In this document: positions 29,399 through 43,870 of the stretch, in pieces
How the letters are laid out: the number at the start of each line of letters is the position of its first letter
How positions within the stretch are numbered: the stretch's first letter is position 1
Assembly (NCBI GenBank): GCA_964016885.1
Contig: OZ024741.1
Span: 313,162,001 to 313,226,000 of the forward strand
From: Eledone cirrhosa
Lineage: Eukaryota
Direction: 5' to 3'
DNA: 64,000 nucleotides
The notes under the pieces: generated by a model
What the model was told of the DNA's origin: nothing
Database searches by the model: none
Seen by the model: only the letters and a program-made list of their open reading frames with translations
Translations under genes and position numbers: made by a program

Positions 29399-29635
29399 AC
29401 TAGAATAGTTTCATCCAAATTAATCATCAATAAACGGCTTTGCTGATGAATACTTTTGAATGAGATAGTTCTAGTACTGTAGAAGCTATGTCTATATTAA
29501 ACGTGATATTTACACCCTATAATTATTTATCAATACTATACCTAAACATATCGCATATTGCTAGATATCCAAGCTACACATACTTATATGTATAAAGCTA
29601 TGTTAGAACTAGCATTTTAATTTTCTCTCACTCTC
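29399..29635 (+). repeat. Segment C of the tandem unit, starting with a ~77-bp imperfect palindrome (copies ~35035-35165 plus 48825-48930, 53320-53465, 61450-61710; partial 27455-27525 and 19925-19960)
   Basis: ctagaatagtttcatccaaa..aatcatca..aacggcttt.ctgatga.tacttttgaatga.atagttctag recurs downstream of the exon copies. Confidence 0.8.
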
Positions 29636-29654
29636 TCTTTGTAAATGACTCTCT

Positions 29655-29695
<41 letters not shown>

Positions 29696-29696
29696 G

Positions 29697-29728
<32 letters not shown>

Positions 29729-29814
29729 TTCTCTCTCTCTTGCGCTCACTCTCTCTCTCTCTACACACACAAAATAAAAATATATATATATATACGTAAA
29801 TACGTTCATTAATA

Positions 29815-30311
29815 TACCGTATATGCCGGTGTAGAAGTTCATCCCCTGCAGAGGTCGATCCTTCAAATTCTGTCGTGTAATTTAGGTTAGGCCTATATAC
29901 ACAGCTTGAGACGAAACGCCAATTATAAGGCATTACCATCCCTCCAGCCGTAGGTATGCTTGCCGTTGTTTATTTGCACAAAATATAAAACATGGTAATA
30001 GATATTAAATAGTTGTAAAATAAAAATGCATGTCAAGAAAATACAATTCATTTTACTGTTAACCACATGATTTAACTGAACTGCTAAAATAGTAAACAGC
30101 ATGCTACCACTCCGTTTCTGGAAACGCGGTCATTTTAAAAATCCATATATTACAAATCCTCCGTGTATCAGCATTACATGGCGATACATTTTTACTTTCG
30201 GCCTATTTTCTTTCGTGGGTAAATCACCGAACTTTCTCCGATAGTTTAGTTTAGATAATTCAAGGAATCAGCATACCATTAATATTATAACTATAATATT
30301 AATACAAATAT

Positions 30312-30312
<1 letters not shown>
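29815..30312 (+). repeat. Segment B of the tandem unit
   Basis: Begins taccgtatatgccggtgtagaag and aligns to the other copies. Confidence 0.8.
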
Positions 30313-30389
<77 letters not shown>

Positions 30390-30666
30390 CGCGTGTGTGC
30401 GTGTGTGTGTGTATGAATGTACATGTATGTGCATGTATGTTTGTATTTATGTATGTTCTTCTGGTTTTATTATTTCACGAATTTATGCCGATAGAGAGAG
30501 AGTCGGTTTCCAACATAGACACAAGAGTCTCTCATTGAAATTTACACATCAACTAGATAGATATGTATGCATGTATGCATGCATCTTACTTATTCTATCC
30601 TTTTTTATATTTTTCATCTTTGTTTTCTTCTTCTTCTCCAACTTCTCTTTCCTCTTATATATATAC

Positions 30667-30726
<60 letters not shown>

Positions 30727-30799
30727 CCCACACGCACACACCCACATACACAAACGTGATATCTAATTGTCTTGCTCGTTATTATTGTGTATGCATATA

Positions 30800-33700
30800 T
30801 ATATAATTCTTACAGAATTGTTTCCTCATGCTTCAACACAGCCTTCAATTCTCTCGTGAGCCACCCTGCCCGCCACCAACCTTGTATGGAAGTTATTGTA
30901 TGTGTGGATGTGCATGTTTTGTATCTGTACATGTGTACATGCAGTTATTAGATGCAAGATCTTTGGAATGTTTTACATATTTTTTACTGTTCCATTAATG
31001 GCTTGTACTTGTAATTTCCTAAATAGTTGTGTTCTTTCGGTTCCTGTGAAGCCCATCTTCTCAAGATTTGTATTGAGGCAGTTACTAACATAACACAGTG
31101 ACCAAATAATCACAGGCATAAATCTGAAGGTATAATCAGGGTGGAGTATCTGCAGATTTCTCATCAGTTCTGCATAAGTATTCTCCTTTACGCTAATCTT
31201 TGATATTATATTGGCATCTGCTGGGTATCTAACTTCCACTACTGCGCATGCCTTCTTTTGCCTGTCCCATATTATTATATATGGTCTGTTATGCTTGCAT
31301 TTTATTGGGGTTTTCATTGGAACATTCCACCAGTACTCTTTCATATTATGTACATGGATGTCTTCCACATTGCTATAGCTTTTAATGTGTTTATTATCGG
31401 GGCTATCTTTTCTACGGATTGCATTGTACAGTATTTTGGCCACACCATCATGCCTCATAGGTAGATAGTACCGCGATGACATCTTTGGACAGCTGCTTAT
31501 GACACGGGTGACATCTTCGATGTTAATTCTGCAGAGTCTGCATTTGTTATCACATCTAGGTGTTATGCCGGCATCCCTATCTCTTTTGTGAATCAGGTAT
31601 TTCGTGTTGATTTCCTGTTCTTGGATTACAAAATCGTATCCTTCAAAGTTGGAGCCAATCTAGCGGTTGCCAAGATAGACTACTTTCTTTATTTATATTA
31701 CTCTCACGTTGGGGCTTCCTGACAATATATCCATGCATGAGTTTTTGCTTTTGAACATGCAGTTTTCATCCATGGATTCACTGCGGTACTGCTCAGCGAC
31801 TTTCCTGGGTGTGAATTTTTGATTATCACACATGGAATATCTTTCGAGGAGTTACTTCCCAACTCTCATGAACTTATATGGTTCATGCAGATAGATTTGC
31901 TGGCCATACGGGCTCCTACGCATCGAGGTCCGTAAATATTTTCGGAGGGATATGATTCGACATTCAAATGCTGCCTGGACTGATGTTAGGCCTCTGCCTC
32001 ACTGCTTACCTTTCAAGTAAAGCCGGTCTATGTCACTGTTGATGTGGAAGATTCCGGCGTTGTTTAGTATTTTTCGAGTTCTAACAACAATTGCTCGGAT
32101 TTCGTCTATCGTCCAATTGAGTATTCCAAACGTTGGTGTTAGGAGAGGCACAGCAAGCACATTGTGATCCGCTGTTTTGTTTTGAGGAGAGTGTCCCGAT
32201 GACAATATCTTTCTTAATAGGGTGTAGTATTCCCTGGTTACGCGTTCTTTATTACAGATACCATTATAAGATAAGTTCTCATCTATAACCAGGTATCTCT
32301 AGCTGTCGTCATCAGATATCGGTGAAAGTGTTAAGCAATTGATGACAATGCCTCAGATTGGGTTGTTGTTCCCGCTTTACAGTCATATATGAGCATTTAT
32401 CTTGGCCAAACTCCATTCCTATATCCTTTGAGAATTTTGTTACCAGCTCAACATTTTCCTTCATCCCATCCATGTTCTTGGCATATCATTTTAGATCATC
32501 CACAAATAAATTATGGGTTGAGTTCGTATTTCTGTCCTCCTGTGAGCCAATGTTTTATCCTTCACATTTCTTGAGTAGAAAGGACAAGGGGCCTAATGAC
32601 AGGATAAATAATATCAGATATAGACTGTCTCCCTGAAATATACCCCAGCAATATGTTATTTTATCAGTGAAAATAACCCTCCTTCACTGTCTTTAACTTT
32701 AGGATAATAGCCCAGGAACAAGACAGCTTCTCTATGGCTTTGATAATAATGTCTGGGACTTTAGCAAGTCGGAGGGCCTCTATCATAGGAGAGTGGGGAA
32801 CATAATCGAATGCTTTCCTGTAGTCCAACCAGATTGTAGCCATATTTCTCCTAAGTTGTCGCACCTCCGACATCGCGGTTTTTTTTATTAGGAGTTGTTC
32901 AGCACATCCCCAAACCCCTTTCTTTGTAGCTGCTTGTTCATCTGTGATGATGTTATTATTTTCACAGGGATCTTGGAGGAATAGGTTCAGGCAGGCTGTA
33001 TACATCTTATACATCAGGTTCTGGCATGCAATGGGTCGGTATTTTTTTGCCAAGTGGGTGTCTTTGTTATTGGGGACCAGTAATGTTTGTGCTAATGTCA
33101 ACCATTCTGGTATAAGTGTATCTCCCTTAAGAACTAGTTGGTAGATGTCGGTAAGATACCTCAGATAGAATATCAATTTTTTGTACCAGTAGCCGACAAT
33201 AATGTCTCTTCCTGGTTTTCTTATCTTAGAGTTTTCCTATCACAGTCTCAAGGGTAACCTCACTTATTTCGTATGTTTTTGTTGTAGTGTAGTAGAAATA
33301 GTTCTTTTGCATTTCTTTCAGCCACACTGCATCTTGGTTGAAATTTTTTTTTCACTCCATATTTTTATCCAAAATGAATCTGTCTTTCTGGATGGTGCCT
33401 CAGTGACATTTATTATTTTGCCCTTCATATATCTATAGACTGATGTTTGGTTTCGTCTGAATCTTGTATTAAGCACTTTTCTTTCATCTACCTTCATCAG
33501 GTATCGGCAATTCTCGCTGACAGCTCTCAATTCTTGGTTGAGGGTGATCAGCTTATATTAAAGAGTTCTAGTTCTACTGTTACCAAGAATCGTTTCTATT
33601 TTATTTTTCACTCTTTGTTGGTGAGGAGTGAGGTCTTTTTGTGTTTGTTTGCATGTAAGGAGCATTGTCACATATCCTATGTTTTTTCGTAGGTCAGCAA

Positions 33701-34290
33701 TCTTTTTTTCTATTTTAGTTATATATGATGGTATTTTTGGTGGTGTTCTGTTCTTGTTAATATCTCTGCTATCACCAAGATAATGCTTCACTGTCGTTGC
33801 TAGGGCATATAAACAGGCGTTGATTTGCCAAAATGTTGGGGTTTTTATCCGTCGTAAATATTCATCCCCTATTTCGTGAATAACACGTAATATTTCATTA
33901 TTTGGTTTTTTATTAAACATTGTCGTTTTTTTGCCATTTTATAACAATTAAACAAATCATTATTAAGTTCGCAACTCCAAGGGAAATGCCATTTTTAATT
34001 TCGGTTTTTTCTGTAGCTACAACTGAATAAATGTTGTTTACCTTTCTCGTTATTCTTCGGAATTCCACTAATGTTGTGGTTGTTCATGTTGTGTTCAACC
34101 ATGCTGTTTTAAGCAAATCCTTGTAAAATGAATTATGTATTAATCGGGTATCTCTACGAATTCGAATAAAGGTGTCTTCAGGAGATAGAGTTAGAAGAAT
34201 AACTTGTTATTCAACATGACTTGTAGTTGTGGCATTCCAGTCGAAGATAGTATTCATCTTAAATTTAATTAATAGTCTCCCACACCAAAA
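30800..34290 (-). mobile_element. Decayed R4/Dong-like non-LTR retrotransposon (RT plus CCHC knuckle plus restriction-like endonuclease)
   Basis: YRPIACQNLMYK, IWLDYRKAFDYVPH, GIFQGDSL, LFVDDLK, TRKIL...FHINSDIDRLYL, CRLC....EDVTRVISSC, RHDGVAK, HNRP.IIIWD....AVVEV. Many stops and frameshifts. Confidence 0.9.
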
Positions 34291-34722
34291 TATGCGACTG
34301 ATCGCGTTGACAATGTATGTATGTGTGTGTGTATGTGTGTATATATGCATTTATATATATATACCGTATATATTATATATATGTATCTATGTGTGTGTTT
34401 ATGTGTGTGTTTATTTAAATGTAAGAATGTCGCAATTACATATCGTAGTAACTGTGAGAATATGGTAAGATTTGGAAGGATTATATATGTTATTTTTCTT
34501 ATAATATTTTTTGTTTCTTTCATAATGTTTTTTTAACATTGCATTTAACTGAAAATCCATGTATATTTTATAGAGGATCGATGTAATATTCAATAAATAT
34601 ACAAATTAATTTGTTTATCACAAGACCACTTTAATCTTAAATGTGTGTATGAAATTGTATCATTGATATCTATACGTAATTAATGATATATTCAACCTTA
34701 TCACATATATTGACAGTTTTAG

Positions 34723-34857
34723 AATGCCGAGTAGGAAAGTTTGGTGTTGCTTGTAAAGGGATCTGCCATTGTATCAACAATATTAACTGTGACAAGCGAA
34801 ATGGAACATGTTCAGATGGATGTTCCGCAGGCTATATTGGTGAAAATTGCCAAGAAG
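34723..34857 (+). CDS. Intact 135-bp phase 1-1 internal exon encoding an 8-Cys EGF-like repeat (MEGF10/11/CED-1/Draper/SCARF-type multi-EGF protein)
   Basis: gttttag|AA TGC...CAA GAA G|gtaatc. Translation ECRVGKFGVACKGICHCINNINCDKRNGTCSDGCSAGYIGENCQE fits C..G.FG..C...C.C.....C....G.C..GC..G..G..C. Confidence 0.85.
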
Positions 34858-35669
34858 GTAATCATAAACGTGTTGTCTATTTACTATACACCCCCCCCCC
34901 CACACACACAAACACACACACACATACACGGGCACACATATATGTGTGTGCGTGTATGTGTGTATGTGTGTGTGTGCGTGTGTTTGTCTGTGCATGGGTG
35001 TGTATGAGTGTATGTGTGCGTGAGTAAAAATGATTTTTAATATAGCGATCTCCTCTATAGGACTAGAATAGTTTCATCCAACATATCATCATTAAGCGCC
35101 TTTCCTTATGATTACTTTTGAATGAAATAGTACTCTAGACGCCAAATCTATATTAAATGTGATAAATACAAGCCAGAATTGTGGTAACTACCGATCACTC
35201 GGACAGTTTTGATAATAATATTTCGCAATATTAATTGTGAAGTGGAATACCAAAATTCTAGCACATCAGCGGGTGAAGAATTATTAGTATCCTGGTAACT
35301 TCTAAGCATATTAAAAAACTGGATAGTGTGTGTAGAAACTCAAAATAGTCTCATTACAATAAATTAGCTCTAGGAAAAAGGTTTTTCCGAGCCGTATAAT
35401 ATAACTGAAAAAAAAATAAAAAAGAACACAGACATATACATATATGCTTTCTATTTTGTACAGTTATATATATATATATATATATACACATTTCAAGAGT
35501 AACCAATCTTAAAGAGAGGGATGTAAATAGGAGAGGAGATAGGAGAGGAGAGATTGGTGAATTAGTTAGAAGCCAAAGCGTAAAGGCATGTGCTCAATGT
35601 GCAATTGTCAGTAGAAAGCAGCTAAGTGGCTGGGTTCATGCAGAAGATAGGCGCGCAGAGCTGGAAATA

Positions 35670-36574
<905 letters not shown>

Positions 36575-36581
36575 AATTAAT

Positions 36582-36912
36582 AAAAACAAAGAAACAATTC
36601 CTTATATTAAAAAAATTCATCATTCTACGATCCTTTCTAGGACATATATGTGTGTGTTGGTATGTATATCATATAGATCTATGTAAAAATGTTACAAATT
36701 ATCAGAGGAAATATACATACCTAAACATATATATACAGTCTTCAGAAGACAGCATATATATGTTTAGGTATGTATATTTCCTCTGATAGTTTGTAACATT
36801 TTTACATAGATCTATATGATATACATACCAACACACACATATATATCCTAGAAACAATCGTAAAATCATGATTTTTTTAATATAAGGAACTGTTTCTCTG
36901 TTTTTATTCATT
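36582..36912. repeat. ~330-bp near-perfect palindrome centred at ~36745
   Basis: ...cagaggaaatatacatacctaaacatatatata-cagtcttcagaagacag-catatatatgtttaggtatgtatatttcctctg... Confidence 0.85.
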
Positions 36913-37056
36913 ATTATTATTAATTTATCTTGACTCTGTTTTCCTGTGATTTTCATCGAAAACATTTTGAATACATCTTCTCTTTTTCATGATATTTGGA
37001 TTACATTGAGTTCTTCATACGGACTGGAAACTACCGTATATTTTGTTAGATTTATC

Positions 37057-37141
<85 letters not shown>

Positions 37142-37271
37142 AGGTGCATTATTGGTTGTGTAAAATGGTCCAATAACTTTATGTTAGCAATATTAAGTTC
37201 TCCGCGCTTTTTTATACCTCCAATTCCATTCAAGAGAACAGCTAGATGATGTAAAACGGAGTATAAGTATC

Positions 37272-37896
37272 AAAATGAAAATCAGAAGGTAAGGTAAAAT
37301 TCCAATCAGTTAATCACGACACATGTTTCAATAAGAGATAGATCCATTGTGAAGCCATGATCGATTATCACTGATCTCATCAGGTGAACATGAATTGTCT
37401 TCAAATTCTTGATATGAGGGAGAAAAAAAACGATGTACTCTCACAGAATTCATTCCTTCATATGAAGACACACAAGTCAGAGACACGGCGACTGCTATTA
37501 ACTTCAGTTGAGGTCATAAAAGTTTTCAGATTTCTATCGCTGCAAAAGACCGTGGACATCAATCAAATCTGTAGGGATACAGTCAGTCACAGTTAATGTG
37601 AGTGAGTACATACACGATCCACACCCACATACACCGGCTCGAGGTCAAAGAAAAATATATACATATATATACACAGATCAACACAAATTTAAACCTGTGG
37701 AGTTAGTGTGGGTGGGTACACACACACTCTCACACACACCGAAGCGATGTCCGAGAAAAAACAAATAAATACATATAAGGATGTACCAACACAGCACTCA
37801 CCGAAAGTTAGTTCACAAAACAACAGAAGCTATATTGGTCAAATCTCAATTTGACGATGTAAATTGGAAATATTGAGTTAACCAACGCCCCATACA

Positions 37897-37939
<43 letters not shown>

Positions 37940-37960
37940 CCACACACACACACCCACACC

Positions 37961-38028
<68 letters not shown>

Positions 38029-40992
38029 CACACACACACACAAGCAAGTAAGTTCATTTCAGTGTTCTGCTATACGCGTATAGATTGAATTGTAACATCC
38101 ATATCTTCAAGTGTATGTTATGGTATATACACATCCGAATCGTCCAAAAAAGGGTATGTCCGGGTATATACACATCCATGTAAAGAGCAAGCAATCAGCT
38201 CATATCGAACTCAGTATGTACCGCTGTTCCATTGAGAATCCGTGTCACCAAATCCGTGCGTGCAAGCAACTGCAATGTAGGCCAGCAAAGGGCTCAGTGT
38301 AGGGTTGGATATTGGGTAAATGCGTCTGTAAGTGCGATTTCCCGTCATATGGGCCACTGAGCTTTTAAGATAGTTGTTTGAGTGGTGGTGGTGGGTTATC
38401 CAACACAGAAGATAAATTAAAAAAACACAGGATAGTAAAATCCAAAGGATGTGTGTAGGCCCATTAATGGTGTGTCACTATTATTGTTCAATCCTTAACA
38501 GTGAGTCATCCATGGTTAGATGATCACGGATCAAAACCTAGTGTAGTGTTCAGTCGGTAGGAACGTGACAGTCGTAATTGTGGGAGCTCAATGTCTAAAG
38601 GAAACGGGTACTGTGTGTAGAGTTATGTATAGAGAGCGTAATCGGTCCTAACTAAATGTGTAATACGACTAGCTATATCCCAACTGAGAGAATTCAATGG
38701 TTAGGGTATATTAAAATAAAGGAAGGTGCGCGTAATTGGTCATGTCTGAGTGTGCAATCAATTACTAACTAGGTATACCAAGTGTGTAATCAATCTAACT
38801 ATTTACTATCTAGGTATTCTAAAAATGTGCACTCAGCTGTGAGAAATCCATGGTAACAGGCCGAGTATCGTTTGTAAGTTCGCAAACAATCTTAGCCGTC
38901 TAACTACCTGAGTGTGAGACTCTCTGTTTATTGAGAGAATTCTATTGCTAAAGTAGAGAGGGAGGAGTTAGTAGTAGGTTACCTTCCAAAAATCCTGCGT
39001 AAGATTTTCGAGGTTCTATGTTGGCAGTTGCTGAAAGAATATGCTCTTCTATTAATTAATAAGGGGCCGCCTCTAATAATATTAAAAGTTTCAGCTATAC
39101 ATATATTGCAAACGCCAGTGCTGCCGTTATAAGGTTGGGCTAAGCAAACTATGGACCAGGATAAGGAGTGCTCTATATTCTGCTGTTTAAGCTTCCAGAC
39201 TAATTCAGAAAGTGCCGTGCTATTTTTTTTATCTAATCTATTAAAGGTATGGCGGTAATTATACCATCTATCCTTAAATTCCGTTGCAGTTGCTCCAACA
39301 TACCTAAAGGTTCTACCAGGAATGGAGACCTTACAGTCGTAGACTATGATTTTGGTAAGGCATTTCCCAGCCATGGGGCAGGTGGCAGTGCTTCTGCAGT
39401 TACATTTTTTGCTATCGGCCTGGGTAGTTCCAGATGGACCACGGTACCTTTGGGGTCGGGTGTCAATTCCCGTCTGCTCTATGGCTAAATTCCCCGGGGT
39501 TGGGGAGACCCGACTCGCCTCACGCGTATGAGTCAGTTCCTCGATAGAGCTGCCAATGTTCCTGCCATGCCTAATTCCCTCATGGGCTGTCCTAAGTCTA
39601 CTATAATTCATCTTAGCTATATTCTGAGCTACGTTACTAGTTGTGGAGCAGGACAGCTTAATGGTATTTTTATTGAATATTTTATAATACCTGTGCGATC
39701 TAGGAAAGCATTTGTCTAAGGCCCTAAAGAAAATCTTACCTATACTAGTGGTCAGACCAGTGGAGTAAGGGGGATTATACCACAGGTCTTTTCTGGTCCG
39801 ATGCCTCTTATTCTTACTAACTATATTAGAATGACCTGTCTCCCTAGTTGTTACTGGTCTATTGTAACTGGAAATTGCCTATGGGCCGAGGGTGTTCTGG
39901 GGTGTCACGATTTTGTTCTGAATCATCCCAAGTCTCTAGCACGATGTACCCCCCGTGCGGCCATTGGGATTATCCTCGATAGCCGGGGTTGTATCCACTA
40001 TGCGTCTGCTACACCTGTCCCTATTCCCCTTACTTGACCTTCGTTCCATACTGCGTTCAACGGTAGTTTTATCGGTTCCACATTTAAGGTTACTATTAGA
40101 GTCTCCGCTGGCGTTACGTTGCTCAGACCCCGTGTTAGTACCTGGGTGGTTGTTTCTATTGGTACCAACAGCATCGGGACCAGGCGGCAATACAACATGA
40201 AGTCTATATAAATCCTCCCTCGTATCACGCCTGCTGTTAACTAGAGTGTCACTATTTAAGCCTAAGCTATCGCAGGCAATGTTGCTTCTACTATTTAATG
40301 GACGTCTGAATGAGATTCTCTCGCTATGGCCCGCGCGTTCCAGGGCGCTATTATAGTAATTCGAGATCTTATTAAAGGTATCTTCATTGGAAGATTGTCC
40401 TGAAATTCTACTAGAGACGCTTCTGGTAATACCGTTAGTGACTATTCTAGGGTGGTTCGATTTTGCGTTGACATAGTTTAGATTCTCGTTGGGTTTGTGG
40501 TAGGGTTGGAAGAGTCCTGAATTGAGGTTAAGTGTAACATCTAGAAAATTAACTATTTACAGGTTATCTTCAAACACTATACTTAAGTCTATGTTCTTGA
40601 AGAATTTGCTAAGTTTTTTCCTCACCCTCTCTACCATGCTATTATTATGGAACGACACAGTAAATAAAATGTCGTCACGGTAAGCGCCGCCTCCCAAGTG
40701 GGGCATTTCCTACTCTGAGACAGTCAAGGAGGTAAAGGCCCACCAGATCCGTCACCTGGGCCGAGTCAGTGGATCCCATGGTGATGCCGAAATTGTTTCG
40801 CCAATCCTTCCTGGTCCACAGGTCACCGTTGAATTCAATTTTTTTTCTACCTCATATCAAGAATTTGAAGACAATTCACTTTCACCTGATGAGATCAGTG
40901 ATAATAGAACACGGCTTCACAAACGATCTATCTCTTATTGAAACATGTGTCGTCATTAAATGATTGGAATTTTACCTTGCCTTCTGATTTTC

Positions 40993-40996
<4 letters not shown>
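37272..40996 (-). mobile_element. 5'-truncated Penelope-like element with inverted pseudo-LTR (37272-37420 / 40850-40996) and long 3' UTR
   Basis: Minus strand: GITMGSTDSAQVTDL, GGAYRDD, VNFLDVTLNL, WYNPPYS, and ORF 38979-39611 CNCR...CPMAGKCL..IIVYDC..YVGAT..FKDRW. The terminal ~147-bp inverted repeat contains a hammerhead motif. Confidence 0.9.
37314..37387 (-). ncRNA. Hammerhead ribozyme motif in a PLE pseudo-LTR (inverted copy 40882-40955 plus)
   Basis: tcac-CTGATGA-gatc...gatc..-GAAA-CATGTG-TC-gtga, with stem I tcac/gtga. Confidence 0.7.
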
Positions 40997-41038
<42 letters not shown>

Positions 41039-41291
41039 CTGAACAAAATTGAAAACATATATGTATATGTCTGTGTTCGTTTTTATTTTTTGTTCAGTTA
41101 TATTATACGGCTCAGGAAAACCTCTTTCCTAGAGCTAATTTATTGTAATGAGACTATTTTGAGTTTCTAACTCAATACATGCCTCTGATATTTTCGGCTC
41201 CGTTAATTGGTCGAGCTAATACAAATGTCGAGTAAACCCGGCTGCAACTTTTAGTGCCGTTTGTCTGCGAGACACGCTAAGTTCTGAAGCC

Positions 41292-42637
41292 TTGGAGAGG
41301 AATTTCCCACCTAATCATAAATACAGAAAAATACTTAACAGGAACAATATCAAAATATCCTTCTCTACCGCCCCCAATCTAGCTGACATCATAGGAGCAA
41401 CTAATCCCAGTAAGATTAACAAAACACTACACCTTAGCACAGACACATCTAGACATGACAACAAGACTAATAACCATAACAACCCCCTAACAGCACCAAA
41501 TAGGGTGGATGGTCGCCCCGGCAGACGAAACCCACGTAACCAGGGCGTGATTGGAGAATATACCGGTGAGCCACACGCGTCACCCACCGGCAGCAGAACG
41601 GGCTGCGGCGTGCGGAATAATAATGGTACAACACCGCACGCCTCGAGAGACAACAGTACCAACGACGGAGTTAGAGACATAGATAACAACATAGAGAGCA
41701 ATAGTAATAGGTTTACTTTAGGAACTGGGAGCGACCGTGAAGGAAAATGCAACTGTCGTGACAGGGGAGCTTGCTCTCTCAGGGGAAACTGCCTGACTGA
41801 TAAGGTTGTTTATAGGTGCACTGTAACTTGCCATAGCGATGTTAAACACTATATAGGAGCAACCTCTGGCCAGTTTAAAACGAGATTTAGGACGCATCTC
41901 CACTCTTTCAGGAACAAAAAATTAAGGCACTCCACATCGCTTGCCAACTACGTCACCACATTGCAAGACGCCAACATATGCTTCTCCACACACTGGGATA
42001 TTGTCAGTGGGCTGCACCCTACAACTTCAGGGGGAAATGCCAGCTCTGCCTCATGGAGCTGTACTACATAATAAGAACACCCCAGGAGCTCTTAAACAGC
42101 CGAACAGAATCAGTTATTAATTGTAAACACCGGGTACATGCGTCGTGTTTTGCCTGGGAGGTGACTGTGACATGAAAACTACGAACTGGCTCCTCCTGCC
42201 CGAACCATAACACCCCGGTGGGCACGCAGTATGAACAAACATATGTGAACCTAATGTACACCGCAGACCAAACATTAGTGAAGCAACATCCACTAAATAA
42301 TAAAGGGACACGCCAGATCCGACATGTACTGGCACTAGTGAAACAACACATAATATAAAGATGCTAAACACCCACATATGAACAGGCAGTAAAATCCACA
42401 TGAGACTGATTGCCTGAACACCGGCCAGAGTTACTCCCCCTGCTCTGTGATAAAAAAAACACATGCACAGAGAAAATGAATGAGGATGTTAATTTAACAG
42501 TAAACTCCCTCCTGGGACCTATATTGAACATTATTTTGCTTTCCATGCCCTTGATAAGCCCACTAAGGGCGAAACGTACGTAGTTGCACAATTATATAAA
42601 CTTGTTTTAACGGTTTTAAACTCTTTGTATTCATTTC

Positions 42638-42640
<3 letters not shown>
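41292..42640 (+). mobile_element. PLE 3' fragment (linker plus GIY-YIG plus pseudo-LTR)
   Basis: ORF 41292: FPPNHKYRKILNRNNIKISFST.PNL...CNCRDRGACSLRGNCLTDKVVYRC..YIGATSGQFKTRF. A frameshifted CQLCLMELYYI..LLNSRTE..INCKH follows. Confidence 0.9.
42546..42588 (+). ncRNA. Minimal hammerhead ribozyme motif, U3-A8 core variant
   Basis: TTGATAA-gccc-actaa-gggc-GAAA-CGTACG-TA. Stem II is perfect and stem III palindromic; stem I is imperfect. Confidence 0.7.
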
Positions 42641-42707
<67 letters not shown>

Positions 42708-42711
<4 letters not shown>

Positions 42712-43817
42712 GTAAGTATGCATGTATACGTACATACATATATGTATACAGACGTACAGTAGCATGCACATATATATATATATATACATATATATATACA
42801 TATGCATACAGGTACACATACATATATGCACGTATCAGTTTAGCGGCGCTTATTATAACGTCGCTTTGTTCGTTTGTAAACAAACTGAACAGCCTGAATT
42901 TATGCCATACGGTGTTAAGGCAACCACGTCACCTTTTTGTTCAACACTGACACAGGAACGATGTACTAGTTTCAAGCTTGTTAGCTATCATCAGCACCGT
43001 TTACCCATCTGCCAGATAGTTGACCGTTCGAAAGTATATACTTTCCTTATGAAAATTAACGGCTGAGCAGCCTAATTTGCATATTGAGTGAGTTAAATCG
43101 GTCAGGCATACCGAAAACGATAAATTGAAACAAAATGAAAACGAAATTTCATTTCTCACTCTTAGTATGGCACTTACTTAAATGTAAGTATGCATGTATA
43201 CGTACATACATATATGTATACATACGTACAGTAGCATGCACATATATATATATATATACATATATATATACATATGCATACAGGTACACATACATATATG
43301 CACGTATCAGTTTAGCGGCGCTTATTATAACGTCGCTTTGTTCGTTTGTAAACGAACTGAACAGCCTGAATGTATGCCATACGGTGTTAAGGCAACCACG
43401 TCACCTTTTTGTTCAACACTGACACAGGAACGATGTACTAGTTTCAAGCTTGTTAGCTATCATCAGCACCGTTTACCCATCTGCCAGATAGTTGAACGTT
43501 CGAAAGTATATACTTTCCTTATGAAAATTAACGGCTGAGCAGCCTAATTTGCATATTGAGTGAGTTAAATCGGTCAGGCATACCGAAAACGATAAATGAA
43601 CAAACGAACAAAGCGACGTTATAATAAGCGCCGCTAAACTGATACGTGCATACATGTATGTGTACCTGTATGCATATGTATATATATATGTATATATATA
43701 TATGTGCATGCTACTGTACGTCTGTATACATATATGTATGTACGTATACATGCATACTTACATTTAAGTAAGTGCCATACTAAGAGTGAGAAATGAAATT
43801 TCGTTTTCATTTTGTTT

Positions 43818-43821
<4 letters not shown>
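42708..43821. mobile_element. Candidate retrozyme family 1, insertion 1: ~1.9 monomers (472-nt period) plus inverted arm from ~43597
   Basis: Hammerheads on the minus strand at 42957-43001 and 43429-43473. Near-identical to 49125-51912 and flanked by (TA)n. Confidence 0.9.
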
Positions 43822-43870
<49 letters not shown>

